From Podarcis erhardii (lineage: Eukaryota), in NCBI GenBank assembly GCA_964252035.1, contig OZ176203.1: DNA of 64,000 nucleotides; one strand, given 5' to 3'. Positions 50,187-62,766 of the stretch are shown one piece after another. Within the stretch, counting starts at the first letter, position 1; each line of letters begins with the position of its first letter. The position numbers and the translations under genes were made by a program. The notes under the pieces are model-generated. The model was not told the origin of the DNA and did no database searches. It saw nothing but the letters and a program-made list of their open reading frames with translations.

Positions 50187-52194
50187 TTCACCTATATGTG
50201 ATGCTTATGTCAGGGACTGACAAGAATAGGAGGATGAAGGGGTCAATGAAAGAGGGGGTGAGAGAGAGAGTGAAGCTGGGGGTGTGCCTGGGGTGGAATG
50301 TGGGGGTGAGGAGGAGGAGGAGGATCTTAGGGAAGGGACCAGTGAGTTGTAGGGTTCCATTTCCCAAAGTAAGGAGAAACTCTCTCCCATCACCAGTACC
50401 TTCACTGGTGCCAGCAGTATCTGCAAGGTGTCTGCTGGCAGCATCAGGATGAATAGTTTGTGAACTGGGTGCAGGTAAACAAGAGCAAGGGGGAAGGGAG
50501 CAAGTTCAGAAGTTGAGAGGAAAGCTATCAGGGATCCCTAAATTCTTATAGCCTGCAGAGCTCTCAGATGAGAGACCATGCCTCCAGAACCCCCTGAGAG
50601 GCTCCTCCACCCCCTCCTCCACTGTCTCCATGCTCAAAGAGGAATTTAAAGAGCAAATGCTCCAGGTTGACGTTTGCTCTGATTTCGCACTAAAGAGTTG
50701 GGGGTTTTGTCTGAGAAAGGAGTGGGGCAAGGGGAAAACCACTCAGACCCATGCCTAAAAGTTGTGGGTCAAGCAGAAAACTGCTCAGATCCCACTTTCT
50801 AGGCACAGGACAAACGGACAAACCCTAAATAGCATGTGCCAGCACACTGCGTGTCCTCAATGAAACAGTGCTGATTCCAGCCTATGGCTTATTGTGATGT
50901 TTGAACCAGACCAGAAAGTGTGGTGCCTCATCATATCAGCTCAAATAACATAGATTTTTTATATTTTATTTTTTTGCAGCTTACACCGGGCATAGCATTT
51001 GAAGCAGGCCTCCATGAGTATAGTATTAAGCAATTTTTCTGAGATTTGTGCAGCAATTGAAACCCCCTTTGCACCAATCTGGAGGGGGTGTTGGGTGGAT
51101 TGGGCAGAGGTGTTCCTCTACATAGCCCTGGAAGTCTCCACCTATGAAGTGATGCTGGCGCAATCCTGCACCAGGTACAGCTTATGGAAAGACTCCAAAT
51201 TGGGCATTCTGGGGCATGACTAAGTCAGCCCAGATTTCTCTGGATTCCAAGACAACCCCACTGCTGTCACTTGATCCAGGCCTGGTCATTGCCCCAGCTC
51301 CTGGTGCAGAAACTTATTTGTCCCCTGCCTTCTGCACCAGCCAGTGTGAGTGGACAGACTGCAGAAGCAGCAGTGGCCCCAACTCTCAGTTAAGGACTAC
51401 CCCTCCCCAGCCAGAGTTTGGATTGCTGTGTTGATTCTGCTAACAACAATATGCAATTATACCTTAAGATAATATTCTTAAGGCTGTAACTGGGTTTGTA
51501 TATACAGTATTGGATAATCATATATAATATATTAAATATAGCAGAACATTTTTCAATGAAGTTAAAACATTTTTTAAAATGCAATTAAATATTTATTAAA
51601 GCTTCTTAATTAATGTAACAGTTTCTGAAGAACATTTGAACATTTAATTGTTCTCTTTGAAAACTCCACTGTTTCAATATGGATAATTGTGGCACTATTA
51701 TGTACTACCTTTACTGTGATATAACCAATGGAGGGTTTATTCTGGAATAATGCTAATCAGGTGGGGACATTTTAATTAGGGATTTTTGCTGGAGTAGGTC
51801 AGATCACTAAAACCACTGGCATTCAGCAGGCTCAGGTTGTCTTTTTGCTGTTAGGGATTAGATTTATAGCAGATTAGTGTCTAAGAAAGTGACTTGGAAG
51901 TAATTTACTGAATTGCTCAGGAAAGCAAGCTGATAATGTGAAATACAGCCTTTCACATCTGGGCACTGGTACAAATGCAACCAGCAAAATAGTAATAGAA
52001 TGGTTGTTATTTGGAGTGTGTGTGTGCATAAATATGTGTTTGCCATTAATTTACTTGAGCACTCCATTCCACTTCCTAGAGGATAGGCAAATACTAAACA
52101 AGACAGAGTTTGTGGACTTTCAGAGGGGTGCACATTTACAGAGCATGTCTTACTCAGAAGGACTCTGACGTAAGTATGTATATATAAGATACAT

Positions 52195-52448
52195 AGAGCC
52201 TGTGTGGTGTAGCGGTTAAGAGCAGTAGATTTGTAATTTGGTGAACGGGGTTCGCATCCCCGCTCCTCTACATGCAGCTGCTGGGTGACCTTGGGCTAGT
52301 CACACTTCTCTGAAGTCTCTCAGCCCCACTCACCTCACAGAGTGTTTGTTGTGGGGGAGGAAGGGAAAAGAGAATGTTAGCCGCGTTGAGACTCCTTCGG
52401 TTAGTGATAAAGCGGGATATCAAATCCAAACTCTTCTTCTTCTTCTTT
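52195..52448 (+). mobile_element. tRNA-derived SINE with an L2-type tail and (CTT)n end (Squam3-like)
   Basis: A box GTGGTGTAGCGG, B box GGTTCGCATCC, core GCTGGGTGACCTTGGGCTAGTCAC, tail GTTAGCCGCGTTGAG...(CTT)n. The family name is from recall. Confidence 0.8.
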
Positions 52449-53109
52449 TTCTTGATAAACAGTTCTTGCAGACATGTAAATAGGATATAAATAGGCATAT
52501 GCTGATCTAGGTTTTTTCCTGTTATGGAGTGTAATAGATTCATAATGAGATCTTCAGTGAAATGGAACTCAGAATGTTTGTGGCCTTTTCCCTTTTAGGC
52601 TATACTTGAAAATGACCTGACAGACTTTGCTAGAAAGGGATGTCAGCTTGTGGCTGCTATCAGTGGTGGCTGATGGCCATTTACTCTGGTAGGGCAGAAC
52701 ATCAACTGTAGAAGGAGCCAGAAACAATGTAAGGCAGAGCTCACTCTTGATTGTTTTGTCCCTATCTTCCTCTCTGCTGTGTTCTGCAAGGAAAACATTG
52801 AAACGAAGGAAGAGGAAGCTGTCATAGGCAGGGACGTCCCCTGGACTGGTTGTAAGTAAGAAGGCAGGAAGATGGGGACTGGTTAAGGGTAGACTGAAGC
52901 TGGTGGACCTGTGCTCCATTCTACCTAATGGACCAGCCTCCACTAGTTGCTATTTTAGATCCTCAGAAGACTCAATTGAATTGAGATCATTTTTTGTCCT
53001 AGAACTACCTATAATAACATAAGGTTCACTTCATACCTAACATCTTTAGGTATACACCTCAGGATTTGCTTTCACTCTTTGTGTCTGACTAAAATCGGAG
53101 GCACAATTA

Positions 53110-53360
53110 GTTGAGTTACAGGAGAGGCCTTTCCAGTGGTGGCACCTATCCTGTGTAATATCGTTTCTCAGGAATCTCCGTGGTCTCCACTTTTGTAAGG
53201 CTTGAGGCAAGTGGTTGAGATGTTCCCATTTTCCCAGGCTCTTGGTTTTTTAAGTTTTCTTGCATTTCACTGTGATTTTATCATATATTTAAAATTATGC
53301 TGCAAGCTGATTTTGTGGGGCATTGCAGTCAAAAGATGGGTTATTAGTTTTCAAAATAAC
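53110..53360 (+). mobile_element. Old L2 3' fragment
   Basis: GAGAGGCCTTTCCAGTGGTGGCACCTATCCTGTGTAAT resembles the L2 motif RAFSVVAPxLWN; decayed. Confidence 0.45.
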
Positions 53361-54636
53361 TGCCTGCCTAATCACAGTCAGTTTGCTGAAGTGCTTAAAG
53401 GTCTAGTGAATATACAGACCTCACCGGCGTCTTTAGTTTGATGTCATCCACTTCAATAGTTGAGCTTTCTGACTTTACAATTCCCTTTTGGAGCATGCAT
53501 TTGGATAAGAAGTGATTTTTAGTTTGTGTTTTCTTCCACAGCATGTACAGCTACTTATCATACCATTACCATTTCATCCTTTTCAAGAAAGTTTTCTGTT
53601 TCATATTTGTCTTTACTAGACAGTTAGTATATCTGAGAGTAATGTTTGTGTCCCTTTACTGAATATTTCTGGGAAATGAGTGGGAAATTTATGTTAAGAA
53701 CATACTTATCATTGTCTTCTTTGTGATAACATATGTCATCTTCAAAAACGCAATCTGTGGCAGTCTGGAGAAAACCCAAATTGCTGTTTGCCCTCATTGA
53801 GTTCTAAAGAGCGGTTTTCCCCATGGGAAGCAGCAGGGCAAGAGGAAGTGTGGATAAGCCCTAATAGGCCAACTGAACAAAGACATGGATAGTTCCCCGG
53901 AACTAAAAATGTTCAAGCTACACTCTGTGACTTTGTGTTTGTACTCCTTAAGCAATTTTCTCTTTACTTTTAGACCTTTGTTAAAATTGGACATAAACTA
54001 TTTCTGATTGAGATGCCTGCTGCTAAGATCTGCAGCTGGAGATATTAGCCCCTGAATGATGGGAAGTCAGTTCTTTTACTCAAGTTATTTGCATCACATT
54101 TAAATATATGGTTTTTCATTGCAGTAGTGGCAGAAAGTGTTGGCAGAGCACATAATTTAGGTATTAAATAATAAGGAGTTACACAGAAGCTTACTTTTAA
54201 AACGTTGTTCCGAAACAAGTTAAAAGATGTTATCTAAATTATTCTTAATGTTGATATCCATCATCACTAAACTCAGTTTAGGTTTATTTGAATTGGTTTT
54301 ATTTCACTGTCAGCCTTTTGATCTTGCTTTAACAGTGGATCCTAAAGTTGCTTTCAGTCAATCAGACTTACTGTGAGATTTGGTTAGAAGCAGGAAGTTC
54401 TTACTGGATTCATTTCACTTCTTCACTTCAAAGGTAATGTAAGGATCAATAAATGTTGCTTGAAAGAATACTTAAAATTAATTGGAGGATGATCCTCCAC
54501 CCTTTGTAAATCTGATCCTGTTCTCTAAGCAAAAACCTCTTGGGTTATACATTTGATTCATTTTAATGCTACTCATTGCATATTTTATTGAGAATTCATA
54601 ACACGGTAAATTACAAATGGTAGATGGATTAGTTTA

Positions 54637-54878
54637 CAGTGGTACCTCGGGTTAAGTACTTAATTCATTCTGGAGGTCCGTTCTTAACCTGAAACTGTTC
54701 TTAACCTGAAGCACCACTTTAGCTAATGGGGCCTCCTGCTGCTGCTGCGCCGCCGGAGCACAATTTCTGTTCTCATCCTGAAGCAAAGTTCTTAACCTGA
54801 AGCACTATTTCTGGGTTAGTGGAGTCAGTAACCTGAAGCGTATGTAACCTGAAGCGTATGTAACCCGAGGTACCACTG
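54637..54878 (+). mobile_element. Tigger-like MITE family A, copy 5, 242 bp
   Basis: Perfect 18-bp TIRs; TA TSD; same orientation as copy 1. Confidence 0.9.
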
Positions 54879-55154
54879 TACATCTTTGTCACTGGAAAAT
54901 AAAGCTGCAATCGATTCAGATGCCATGGATTATTTAAGTCAATTTGGGCAAGACTGAATTGCAACATTACAGATTTATTAACCCTGGATGCACTCTTGCA
55001 GGGTTGCATGTTACATTCGACCTCTTTATCTACTAATCGGCTTTGGATCTGCGTTGTCCTTTAGATCATCTCTCTCTGTTCTTGGAAAATGCACATTAAA
55101 TTCAGGTGGTTTGGTAGCTATGGACTAGCTAATTATCCCATATTCTGTTGTGGG

Positions 55155-55196
55155 CTTGCAGTAGAACATGTAAATCTTGCAGTAGAACATGTAAAT
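55155..55196. repeat. Perfect 21-bp tandem duplication CTTGCAGTAGAACATGTAAAT x2
   Basis: Seen directly. Confidence 0.9.
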
Positions 55197-55684
55197 AGCA
55201 TTGCTGGTGCAAGGCAACAGGTTGCCTCCCTGCTCTGAGGCAGGAGGATGCTGTATGGATTCTGCAGACAACATCACCAGTGCACAAACACATTGTGCAT
55301 GTTTTCTGTGCAGGGGTTTTTGAGACTCTAGAAGGTTAGAAATATTAAATTTAATACTATAATAGATAAGCTTTCAGTGCAGGTAAATCTATACTTTTCT
55401 ATTTATAGGCTCTGTGAATCAATGGAAACAGCTGCCAAGCTTGTCTGATTTTTCTAAGCTTCTGAAAGTCACAGGCATTCTAGAGTCGTATTTACTTTGC
55501 ATTAAAGTTTTAAAGCCCTTTGAGTCCTCCAGTCTGGACAGTAATATAAAGGATTTTTATTTATTTTTAACGTTCCCCTTACTTCATATACAAATTGTAA
55601 AATTGTTATTTTAAAGTTACAGGATGGTTAAAATTAATATTTCTCTCACTGAGAAATATTGAATAATTTGGATTAGTTTCAGTT

Positions 55685-55798
55685 ACAGATAGGTAGCCGT
55701 GTTGGTCTGCCATAGTCAAAACAAAATAAAAAAATTCCTTCCAGTAGCACCTTAAAGACCAACTAAGTTAGTTCTTGGTATGAGCTTTCGTGTGCATG
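55685..55798. mobile_element. Penelope terminal (pseudo-LTR) fragment
   Basis: GTAGCCGTGTTGGTCTG...GTAGCACCTTAAAGACCAACTAAG...GAGCTTTCGTG recalled as a reptile Penelope terminus; a sister copy lies at 35073-35160. Confidence 0.6.
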
Positions 55799-56639
55799 GA
55801 TTAGTTTGACAGTGATATATTCTGATCTTGATAAATAGGCAGATCCACAAATCTATTTTGTTTTCAAACAAAATAGGAAATGTAAAACTAGCAATAGCTC
55901 ACGTCTCCATTTCTCACTAATCTTATCTGTTGTGTTTCTTAGTAACCCTCCAGTGTCACCCCTTTGCCCCATGTTGGTCAAATCGGGATAAATTAGTGCT
56001 TTCTTTCCTCTACTTTATTCACCCTACTGAATCAAGGCCACAGTCTCTGAGACTCTATTTTTTAAAAAAATATACTTTTATTAAATATTTATAAGTTTAC
56101 AAAAATAAACTCAAGTTGTGTTTTCTACAGATCAGTTTCATTTATTGTAAGACATTAGTGTTGCATGCAGTATTAGGTTAGGGGGGAGAGGGAATGGTGA
56201 GTGGGCTCTATTTGACTGGTTAGAGTCACATTTTAGTAGGTCTTTCTATACAGAATGTGAGAGGAAGCTTCCGTGAATCCCCTTCCTCTAGCCTTTCTTT
56301 GTGTGTAACATGAACATTAGTGTGGGAGGGATGTAATCTTGGAAATATTTCAGACTGCCCTGAATTGATTAGTTTAAAAATGAATGCACTTAATAATCTT
56401 ATGTAGCAACCACATATTCTGTTCAGCAGAGATTTTTCATACCATAATAAACTGCACAATCAAAGACAGGCTGTTTTATAACACAGTCCTGATTAGCAAG
56501 GAGGTGGAAATAGGAGAAGTTCTGCATCTCCCCTGGTTATGGGTATGTGAGCTTCATGCAGGTACACGCTGTGACATTTCCACGCCAGAGCAATGTAGGT
56601 CTTCCCTTTAGGGCTATTTACAACAAGAGAGAAAACTGC

Positions 56640-56793
56640 NNNNNNNNNNNNNNNNNNNNNNNNNNNNNNNNNNNNNNNNNNNNNNNNNNNNNNNNNNNNN
56701 NNNNNNNNNNNNNNNNNNNNNNNNNNNNNNNNNNNNNNNNNNNNNNNNNNNNNNNNNNNNNNNNNNNNNNNNNNNNNNNNNNNNNNNNNNNNN
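56640..56793. other. Assembly gap (154 N)
   Basis: Run of N. Confidence 0.99.
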
Positions 56794-57740
56794 ATCACTC
56801 GTAGCTGAGTAAGATTGTCTTCCATAAATACAGTTTTAACAATGAGTCCATAAGTGACTGTGGAGGCGAGTTCTAGATCCACATGTCCTTCCACAGTGGG
56901 GACATAGGTTTCTGGGCAGGAGTTGATCACGGTGTAGATTTGCTAAGCGTGCCTTCCTCCTAGCATGTTTCTCCCTTGTGTCCTGAGTTCGGGTGTCTTC
57001 AAAGCTCATGACACCTTTGGTAAAGTCAGGCCAGTGTTTCTCAGTTGTCAGTGTTTATACTACATTTTTTTAAGATTTGCCTTGAGACAGTCTTTAAACC
57101 TCTTTTGTTGACCACCAGCATTATGCTTTCCATTTTTAAGTTCAGAATAGAGTAGTTGCTTTGGAATACGATCATCAGGCATCCATGCAACATGACTAGT
57201 CCAACGAAGTTGATGTTGAAGAATCATTGCTTCAACACTGGTGATCTTTGCTTCTTCCAATACACTGATATTGGTTCGCCTGTCTTCCCAAGTGATGTGT
57301 AAAAATTTTCGGAGACCCCCTTGATGGAATCTTTCAAGGAGCTGGTGATGGTGTGTATAAGTGGTCCATGTTTCACAAGCATACAGTGAGGTTGGTAGTA
57401 CAATAGCTTTGTAAACAAGCATTTTGGTTTCTCTGTGAATGTCCCAGTCCTCGAACACCCTGCATTTCAATTGGGAGGAATTCGCACTCGCAGAGCTCAG
57501 GCAATGCTGGATTTCGGCGTCAAAGTTGGCCCTTGTGGAAAGATAACTGCCTAGGTAGGAGAAGTGATTGACATTTTCCAACATTACACCATTGAGTTGG
57601 ATTTGTGGCGCTGCAGAGGGGTTATTTTGTACTTGTTGGTGCGGCACTTTGGTTTTTTGGATGTTGAGTGATAGGCCAAGCTTTTCATAAGCTTCTGCAA
57701 AGATATTTAGAATGGTTTGGAGGTCATCCTCTGAGTGTAT
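56794..57740 (-). mobile_element. RTE-clade LINE of a second family (not BovB), 5'-truncated; 3' end abuts the assembly gap
   Basis: ORF 57060-57746 reads HSEDDLQTILNIFAEAYEKLGLSLNIQKTKV...FSYLGSYLS...VYKAIVLPTSLYACETWT...RIPKQLLYSEL...KRFKDCLKANLKK, the RT thumb / C-terminal region typical of RTE. Confidence 0.85.
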
Positions 57741-58902
57741 GCACACTCAGCCATACTGCTTCCATCGCTCAAGATATACCTACCTAATCTCTCTTTCTTG
57801 TGCTTATTGTCTGATCTTGTCTACCCCATTGACTTGTATGGAAGACTGGTATGTGACGTAAACAAATAAATAGGCTTTCCACCTGCCTCATGAAGTGAGA
57901 AATTCTGCATCCCCAACAGATGTACAGAAGCCAGCTGAGAAGTTTTGTTAGTTTTACTTCCCTCAGACATCTTGGGTCATTCCTTATGACCAGGAACTGA
58001 CACATATCATCAAAGAAAGAGAGTTGTTTGACTGATATATACACACTATATCTTCAAAGTACATTCTTTCCCTCAAAAAATTGGGGCGCTGTAGTTTACC
58101 ACTCACATTACAATTCCCAGAAACCCTTAACAAACCACAGTGTGTGTTGTGTGTACACAGCAAGGCCGGCCCAATACATTTTGGTGCCTAAGGCAAACTC
58201 CAAAATGGCACGTCCCCACACCAGGGGAGAAGTGAATATCTACATCAGAAACAAGGAAGCAATAAAGATTAACATCAGGCTCTTCTGCCCCTGTGGATCC
58301 TGCTGCCTGAGGTGGTCACCACACTTTTCCTCATGGGTGGGCTGGCTCTGGAAGGCAGTCAGAGTTCTGAAACTAAGGGAAGATGCTTTCATCTTACAAT
58401 CCCCTTGCTGCAGACTTACACTTGTATATTGACACACACAGTTTTCAAAAACTGTAAATTGCAGTCTCAATAAGTATTAGGGAATTATTTTAGCCCACTG
58501 CTGCATGCATGTAAACTTTAATTTAAAATCTTTTCTATTGCATCTGGGTAGCATTGTTTGCATGCAGATAAAATGTAATTGCTTGGACATCATACTGAGA
58601 TCAATAAATTAAGGAGGTGAGCTCTACACAGTTCATAAAAATTAGATATATTTATATACTTGAACTTATAACAGGGGTGTGCATGAAGAATGACTTTTAG
58701 TTCATTTTATATTTATCTGTGCTTTCCTCCCAGTCCCATTGATCAGTGATATTTCAAAGAATGTTCATAAGGATTTTGATGCCAAAGGGAAACTGTTAGG
58801 TAGAATTAAAACAACTGCATTCCATTTAGTAGGCTAGAAGAACTATTTGATCCCAGATTAATTGGATGTTGCTCAAAAAGCCTTTCCCCCTTTTTTGTGC
58901 AG

Positions 58903-59091
58903 CGTTTGGAAACACATGAACAGAGATTATTTGCAACTTCACCCATGGATACAGAAGTAGATCTGGAAGGCTACCAAACTGCATTAGAAGAAGTACTCTC
59001 ATGGCTTCTGTCTACTGAAGATTCTTTGCAAGCACAAGGAGATATATCCACTGATGTAGAAGAAGTTAAAGAGCAGTTTCACACCCACGAG
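58903..59091 (+). CDS. DMD: Dystrophin exon 10 (spectrin repeat 1 start), 189 nt
   Basis: gtgcag|CGTTTG...CACGAG|gtatgt. Translates [63 protein letters not shown]. Confidence 0.97.
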
Positions 59092-59396
59092 GTATGTGTG
59101 AACAACACAGATTGAAAAACCAACATAAACACTTCACCATCTGCTAATTGCTGATCTTTTATCTGTTTTGCGCATTAAGACCAAAAGCTTGATATTCAAT
59201 TGGTACTTTGGTCTTCCTTTTGCTCTTGCTCAAAAGACTGTGTTCTAGCAACAGCCAAATTTGTTTGTATTAAAAAGTCTAAAATTGTTGTCAAAACATT
59301 TTGTTGAATAAAGTTTAGAATTTTCAATAGAATCTGTAATTTCTAAATACATCTTTCTTTCTCTGGTGGTAATCTTTGTTAAAATTGTTTTTGAAG

Positions 59397-59578
59397 GGTT
59401 TTATGATGGAATTAACAGCTCACCAGGGACGTGTTGGTGATGTTTTGCAAATAGGCAGCCAACTTCTGTCATTTGGGAAGCTTTCAGAAGATGAAGAAAA
59501 TGAAATACAAGAACAAATGAATCTTCTTAATTCACGATGGGAAAATCTCAGGGTCACAAGTATGGAAAAACAGAGCAA
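59397..59578 (+). CDS. DMD: Dystrophin exon 11 (spectrin repeat 1), 182 nt
   Basis: ttgaag|GGTTTT...GAGCAA|gtgagt. Translates [60 protein letters not shown]. Confidence 0.97.
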
Positions 59579-59939
59579 GTGAGTAAATATAAACTTGGGC
59601 AAACACTTTTGTAATTGGTGCAAATATTGTTGCAGGGTGTGCTGTTTGGTTCAGATTTTGTTGTATTTCTCTTGCTTTGCTGCAATTTCATGAGCGTCAA
59701 AATTGATTGTAAGAGAATGGAAGTGGAGCACAACAGATGGACAAGAGCCACAGATCTGCAAGCTCACATTTTAAAAGGCCTTACTGAGAGAAGTTTCACA
59801 CTCAATACAAATGTTATTCCCACATAAACTTTTATCTTGTTATTGCACTTTGTTAGGAAGGGAATGGGGACTTTCCATACCTTTGCTATCCCTATCTATG
59901 TGAATAAACAGCCTTGGCAGTTTCAGAACTGGCAGTCAA

Positions 59940-60310
59940 AAGTGTACGAAACAAGCACGACAACTTGCAATCCTAACGCAGAAAGAAAAGTATGATCTGA
60001 TAGGTATCAGTGAGACCTTGAGTCTCATGATTGAAATTCAGCACTTGAAAGGTATACCTTGTTCAAAAGGAATATATCCAACATAAAAGGATGAGGAATT
60101 GCATTATATGTTAAGAATATATATGCCAGTATGGAAACACCATTGAAAGAATCTGAGTAGCAACTGAAGGAAAGCAAAACAGCATACTACAGACTGTTCA
60201 GCCAGCTAGAAAGCATGGCTGATCCTTTCCTGAATAACTCTAGGGCTATTTCAAGCAGCCTAATATCTGCCTGAAGTCTAACTGCTGAGAATGGAACATT
60301 TTTAAAGATC
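59940..60310 (+). mobile_element. Decayed CR1 ORF2 endonuclease fragment
   Basis: With frameshifts reads KYDLIGISET...SHD*NSALERYTLFKRNISNIKG*GIALYVKNIY, matching CR1 EN YDLIGITETWWD.SHDWN..GY.LF.R.R..KGGGVALYVK. Confidence 0.75.
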
Positions 60311-60579
60311 CCACAATCAGACTCCTCTTCCCTATGCCCCCTTGGGCAAGAAGGCCATGGATTTGAAGGAAGAGTCAGAGAATCAGAGGGAATCACTGTC
60401 AAAGATGTCCCATGGATTCCTCGCTGCCCCAGAAATTTTGACACAGGATGTAGCTATACGAAGTTGTCTTGCCATTCTCCAACTCTGATATGTCCATCCC
60501 AGAAGTTCCAATCTAGCATTCTTCACAAGTAAGGCCCCTTGAGCTAAAGAGGCTTCTCCCCACTAGGGTTGGTTGATTG

Positions 60580-60604
60580 AATCAATCAATCAATCAATCA
60601 ATCA
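60580..60604. repeat. (AATC)6 microsatellite
   Basis: Seen directly. Confidence 0.9.
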
Positions 60605-61857
60605 GGCTGCTACTGAAGCAAGATTCAAAACTTTTGTCAGGAGCTGAGCCTCTTGAATGTCATGCCTTACTTTGCCTCTGTTGGATTTAGCTTATCAAAG
60701 CATGGGCATGCTCTGTATGGATTTTCCTTGCTCGTTCCTTCTCTTTGTCACTTGACTGTGATTGCTGTGAACCTCCTGTTTGACTAGAACCCTTGTTCTA
60801 CATGGATCATCATCTGGAACAGAACAGTGTCCAATTAATTCTTGCCTAGTCTTGCTGACAATTTAATCTCTTAGAAGGTAAAGAAAGCGGCAAGGGACTC
60901 TACTACTCTGGACTTATACCTGATCCACAGCAAAGAACTGGTTGATAAGCCTTCAGATAAGTGCTCATGCCATCTTGGGGTTCACAAGAGCAAGGGATGT
61001 GAAAACTGAAGCTAGTCAGATGTGTACCCTGTGCTTTAAGTGAGTGAGAGCGGTTCCAAGAGCGATAATCAAAGCCATTTCTGATTTAGTTCAATTGGAA
61101 TTTTACTTCAGAATCACACAAATCTGACAGAACCTAAGATAAAAAACAGCCTAGAACAGTGTGATGATAAGCTGCTTTAAACTATGATGAGATTAATGGC
61201 ATAATTATCGTTTATAGTAGAGCTCGATTAATGGAGCTCCCATATTGCAATGAGAGTTTGTCATATATTTGTAGGTTTCTTTTTAAAAGCAACTTCGTTT
61301 TTTTAAATACAGTTATGGTTGATTATGTCATTTCAACTGGGTGTACGGCTTTCTATTCCAGTTCCAAAACTATAATTTCCTGTTCTCTCCTCACCTTTTG
61401 TTAAGGAAAAAGGTGTATTGTTAAAATAGTACAAGACCCATACTTACATCGGAACAAAAGATTTGACAGTATTGCCAATCAAATACACAGTGTTTAAATA
61501 ATTTCAGAATTGCAAGGACTGATGAAAAATACTGCCAGTTTAAAAACGGAACAGTCATATTTATGTACTTAGAAAATAGGCATGTGTTCTGTGGATGTAT
61601 TTAAAACACTATTATTAAAATAAACTTGGCCCTAGTTGTGTGTTCATAGTGTCCTCAGACAGGTCAACATTTAAATTTGGTGCGTTTTGATATCAGTTGT
61701 TCTGTGCTTCCCTTGAACATTAGGTATCTGTAGCTTGAGTTTACAGATTGATTCCAGATTCACAAGGTCACAGAGATCAGTTGGGTTTAAAAAAAAGCTG
61801 CCAGCTCACTGGTAGACACTATTATTAAAATGGGGTTAGCATGTTTTAATTTGTAAT

Positions 61858-62068
61858 TAAGAACATAAAATAGACCTGCTGGAACAGTCCAGATTTTGTT
61901 AAACATCCTGCTTCCAACAGGATGCCTCGAGGAAGCCTGCAAGCTGCGTATGAAGGTGAGCACTACCCTATGGTTGCCTTTCAGGCAACTGCTTGCCAGT
62001 GGTGATATTGCCTCTTAAGGGGAGGTTTCATTTAGCTTCCATGAATTTGTCTCATCACCTTGTAAAGC
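61858..62068 (-). mobile_element. Old CR1-type 3' fragment
   Basis: AAGAACATAAAA..GACCTGCTGGA...TCCATGAATTTGTCTCATC pattern of reptile CR1 3' ends. Confidence 0.5.
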
Positions 62069-62127
62069 AAGGATAACTATTGTTGCAAGCACATTTTTCT
62101 GGCCCTTCCAGACTACTCTGATTTCAG

Positions 62128-62473
62128 TAAAAAGGTTAAAGGACCCCTGACCGTTAAGTCCAGTCACAGACGACTCTGGGGTTGCGGCGCTCATCTCGCT
62201 TTATTTGCCGAGGGAGCCGGCGTACGGCTTCCGGGTCATGTGGCCAGCATGACTAAGCCGCTTCTGGCGAAGCAGAGCAGTGCACGGAAATGCTGTTTAC
62301 CTTCCCGCCAGAGCGGTACCTATTTATCTACTTCCACTTTGACATGCTTTCAAACTGCTAGGTTAACAGGAGCAGAGACCAAGCAACATGAGCTCACCCC
62401 GTCTCAGGGATTCGAACCGCCGATCTTCTGATCGGCAAGCCCTAGGCTCTGTGGTTTAAACCACAGCGCCACC
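62128..62473 (-). mobile_element. Sauria SINE, near full length (about 10 nt missing at 5')
   Basis: Colinear with 27220-27564; short ACCTTT tail. Confidence 0.9.
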
Positions 62474-62766
62474 AAAAAACTTGATTTAAAGTACACACAG
62501 AACTGCGGTGGGCATAGTAAAGGGGATGTATGTTTCCCCGACCACAGTCATTGGATAAACTATTTTCTCTGTGTGTGTGCACGCATGTGTACATGGCAGT
62601 GTGTTCTGACCACATCCACCACTGGTATGTGGCCCCACGTGGTGGGGCCCCTGGGTGACTGCAGTCCTGGTGCCAAAAAGAGGATTAGCCACTCCTGTTT
62701 TAAAGCAAGCCATGCTGGTGAGTGTCACCATCTTTCGTGCCACCTGTTTCTTTCTTTTGTGCTATG

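Noticed and set aside
1075-54878. CRISPR-like or regulatory repeats (recurring TAACCTGAAGC units)
   Set aside because: These are internal subrepeats of a TA-flanked MITE in vertebrate DNA, with no repeat-spacer structure.
56493-56930. ORFs spanning the N-run
   Set aside because: Artefacts of the assembly gap.
7093-59578. Utrophin (UTRN) rather than dystrophin
   Set aside because: [36 protein letters not shown] and the exon 9 PKPRFKSYAYTQAAYV motif match dystrophin; utrophin differs (GLTGTSL) and lacks this hinge 1 motif.
62480-62716. Possible hAT element between the Sauria SINE and L2
   Set aside because: Only one TIR-like end (CAGGAGTGGCTAA on the minus strand) is visible; the partner TIR is not convincing.
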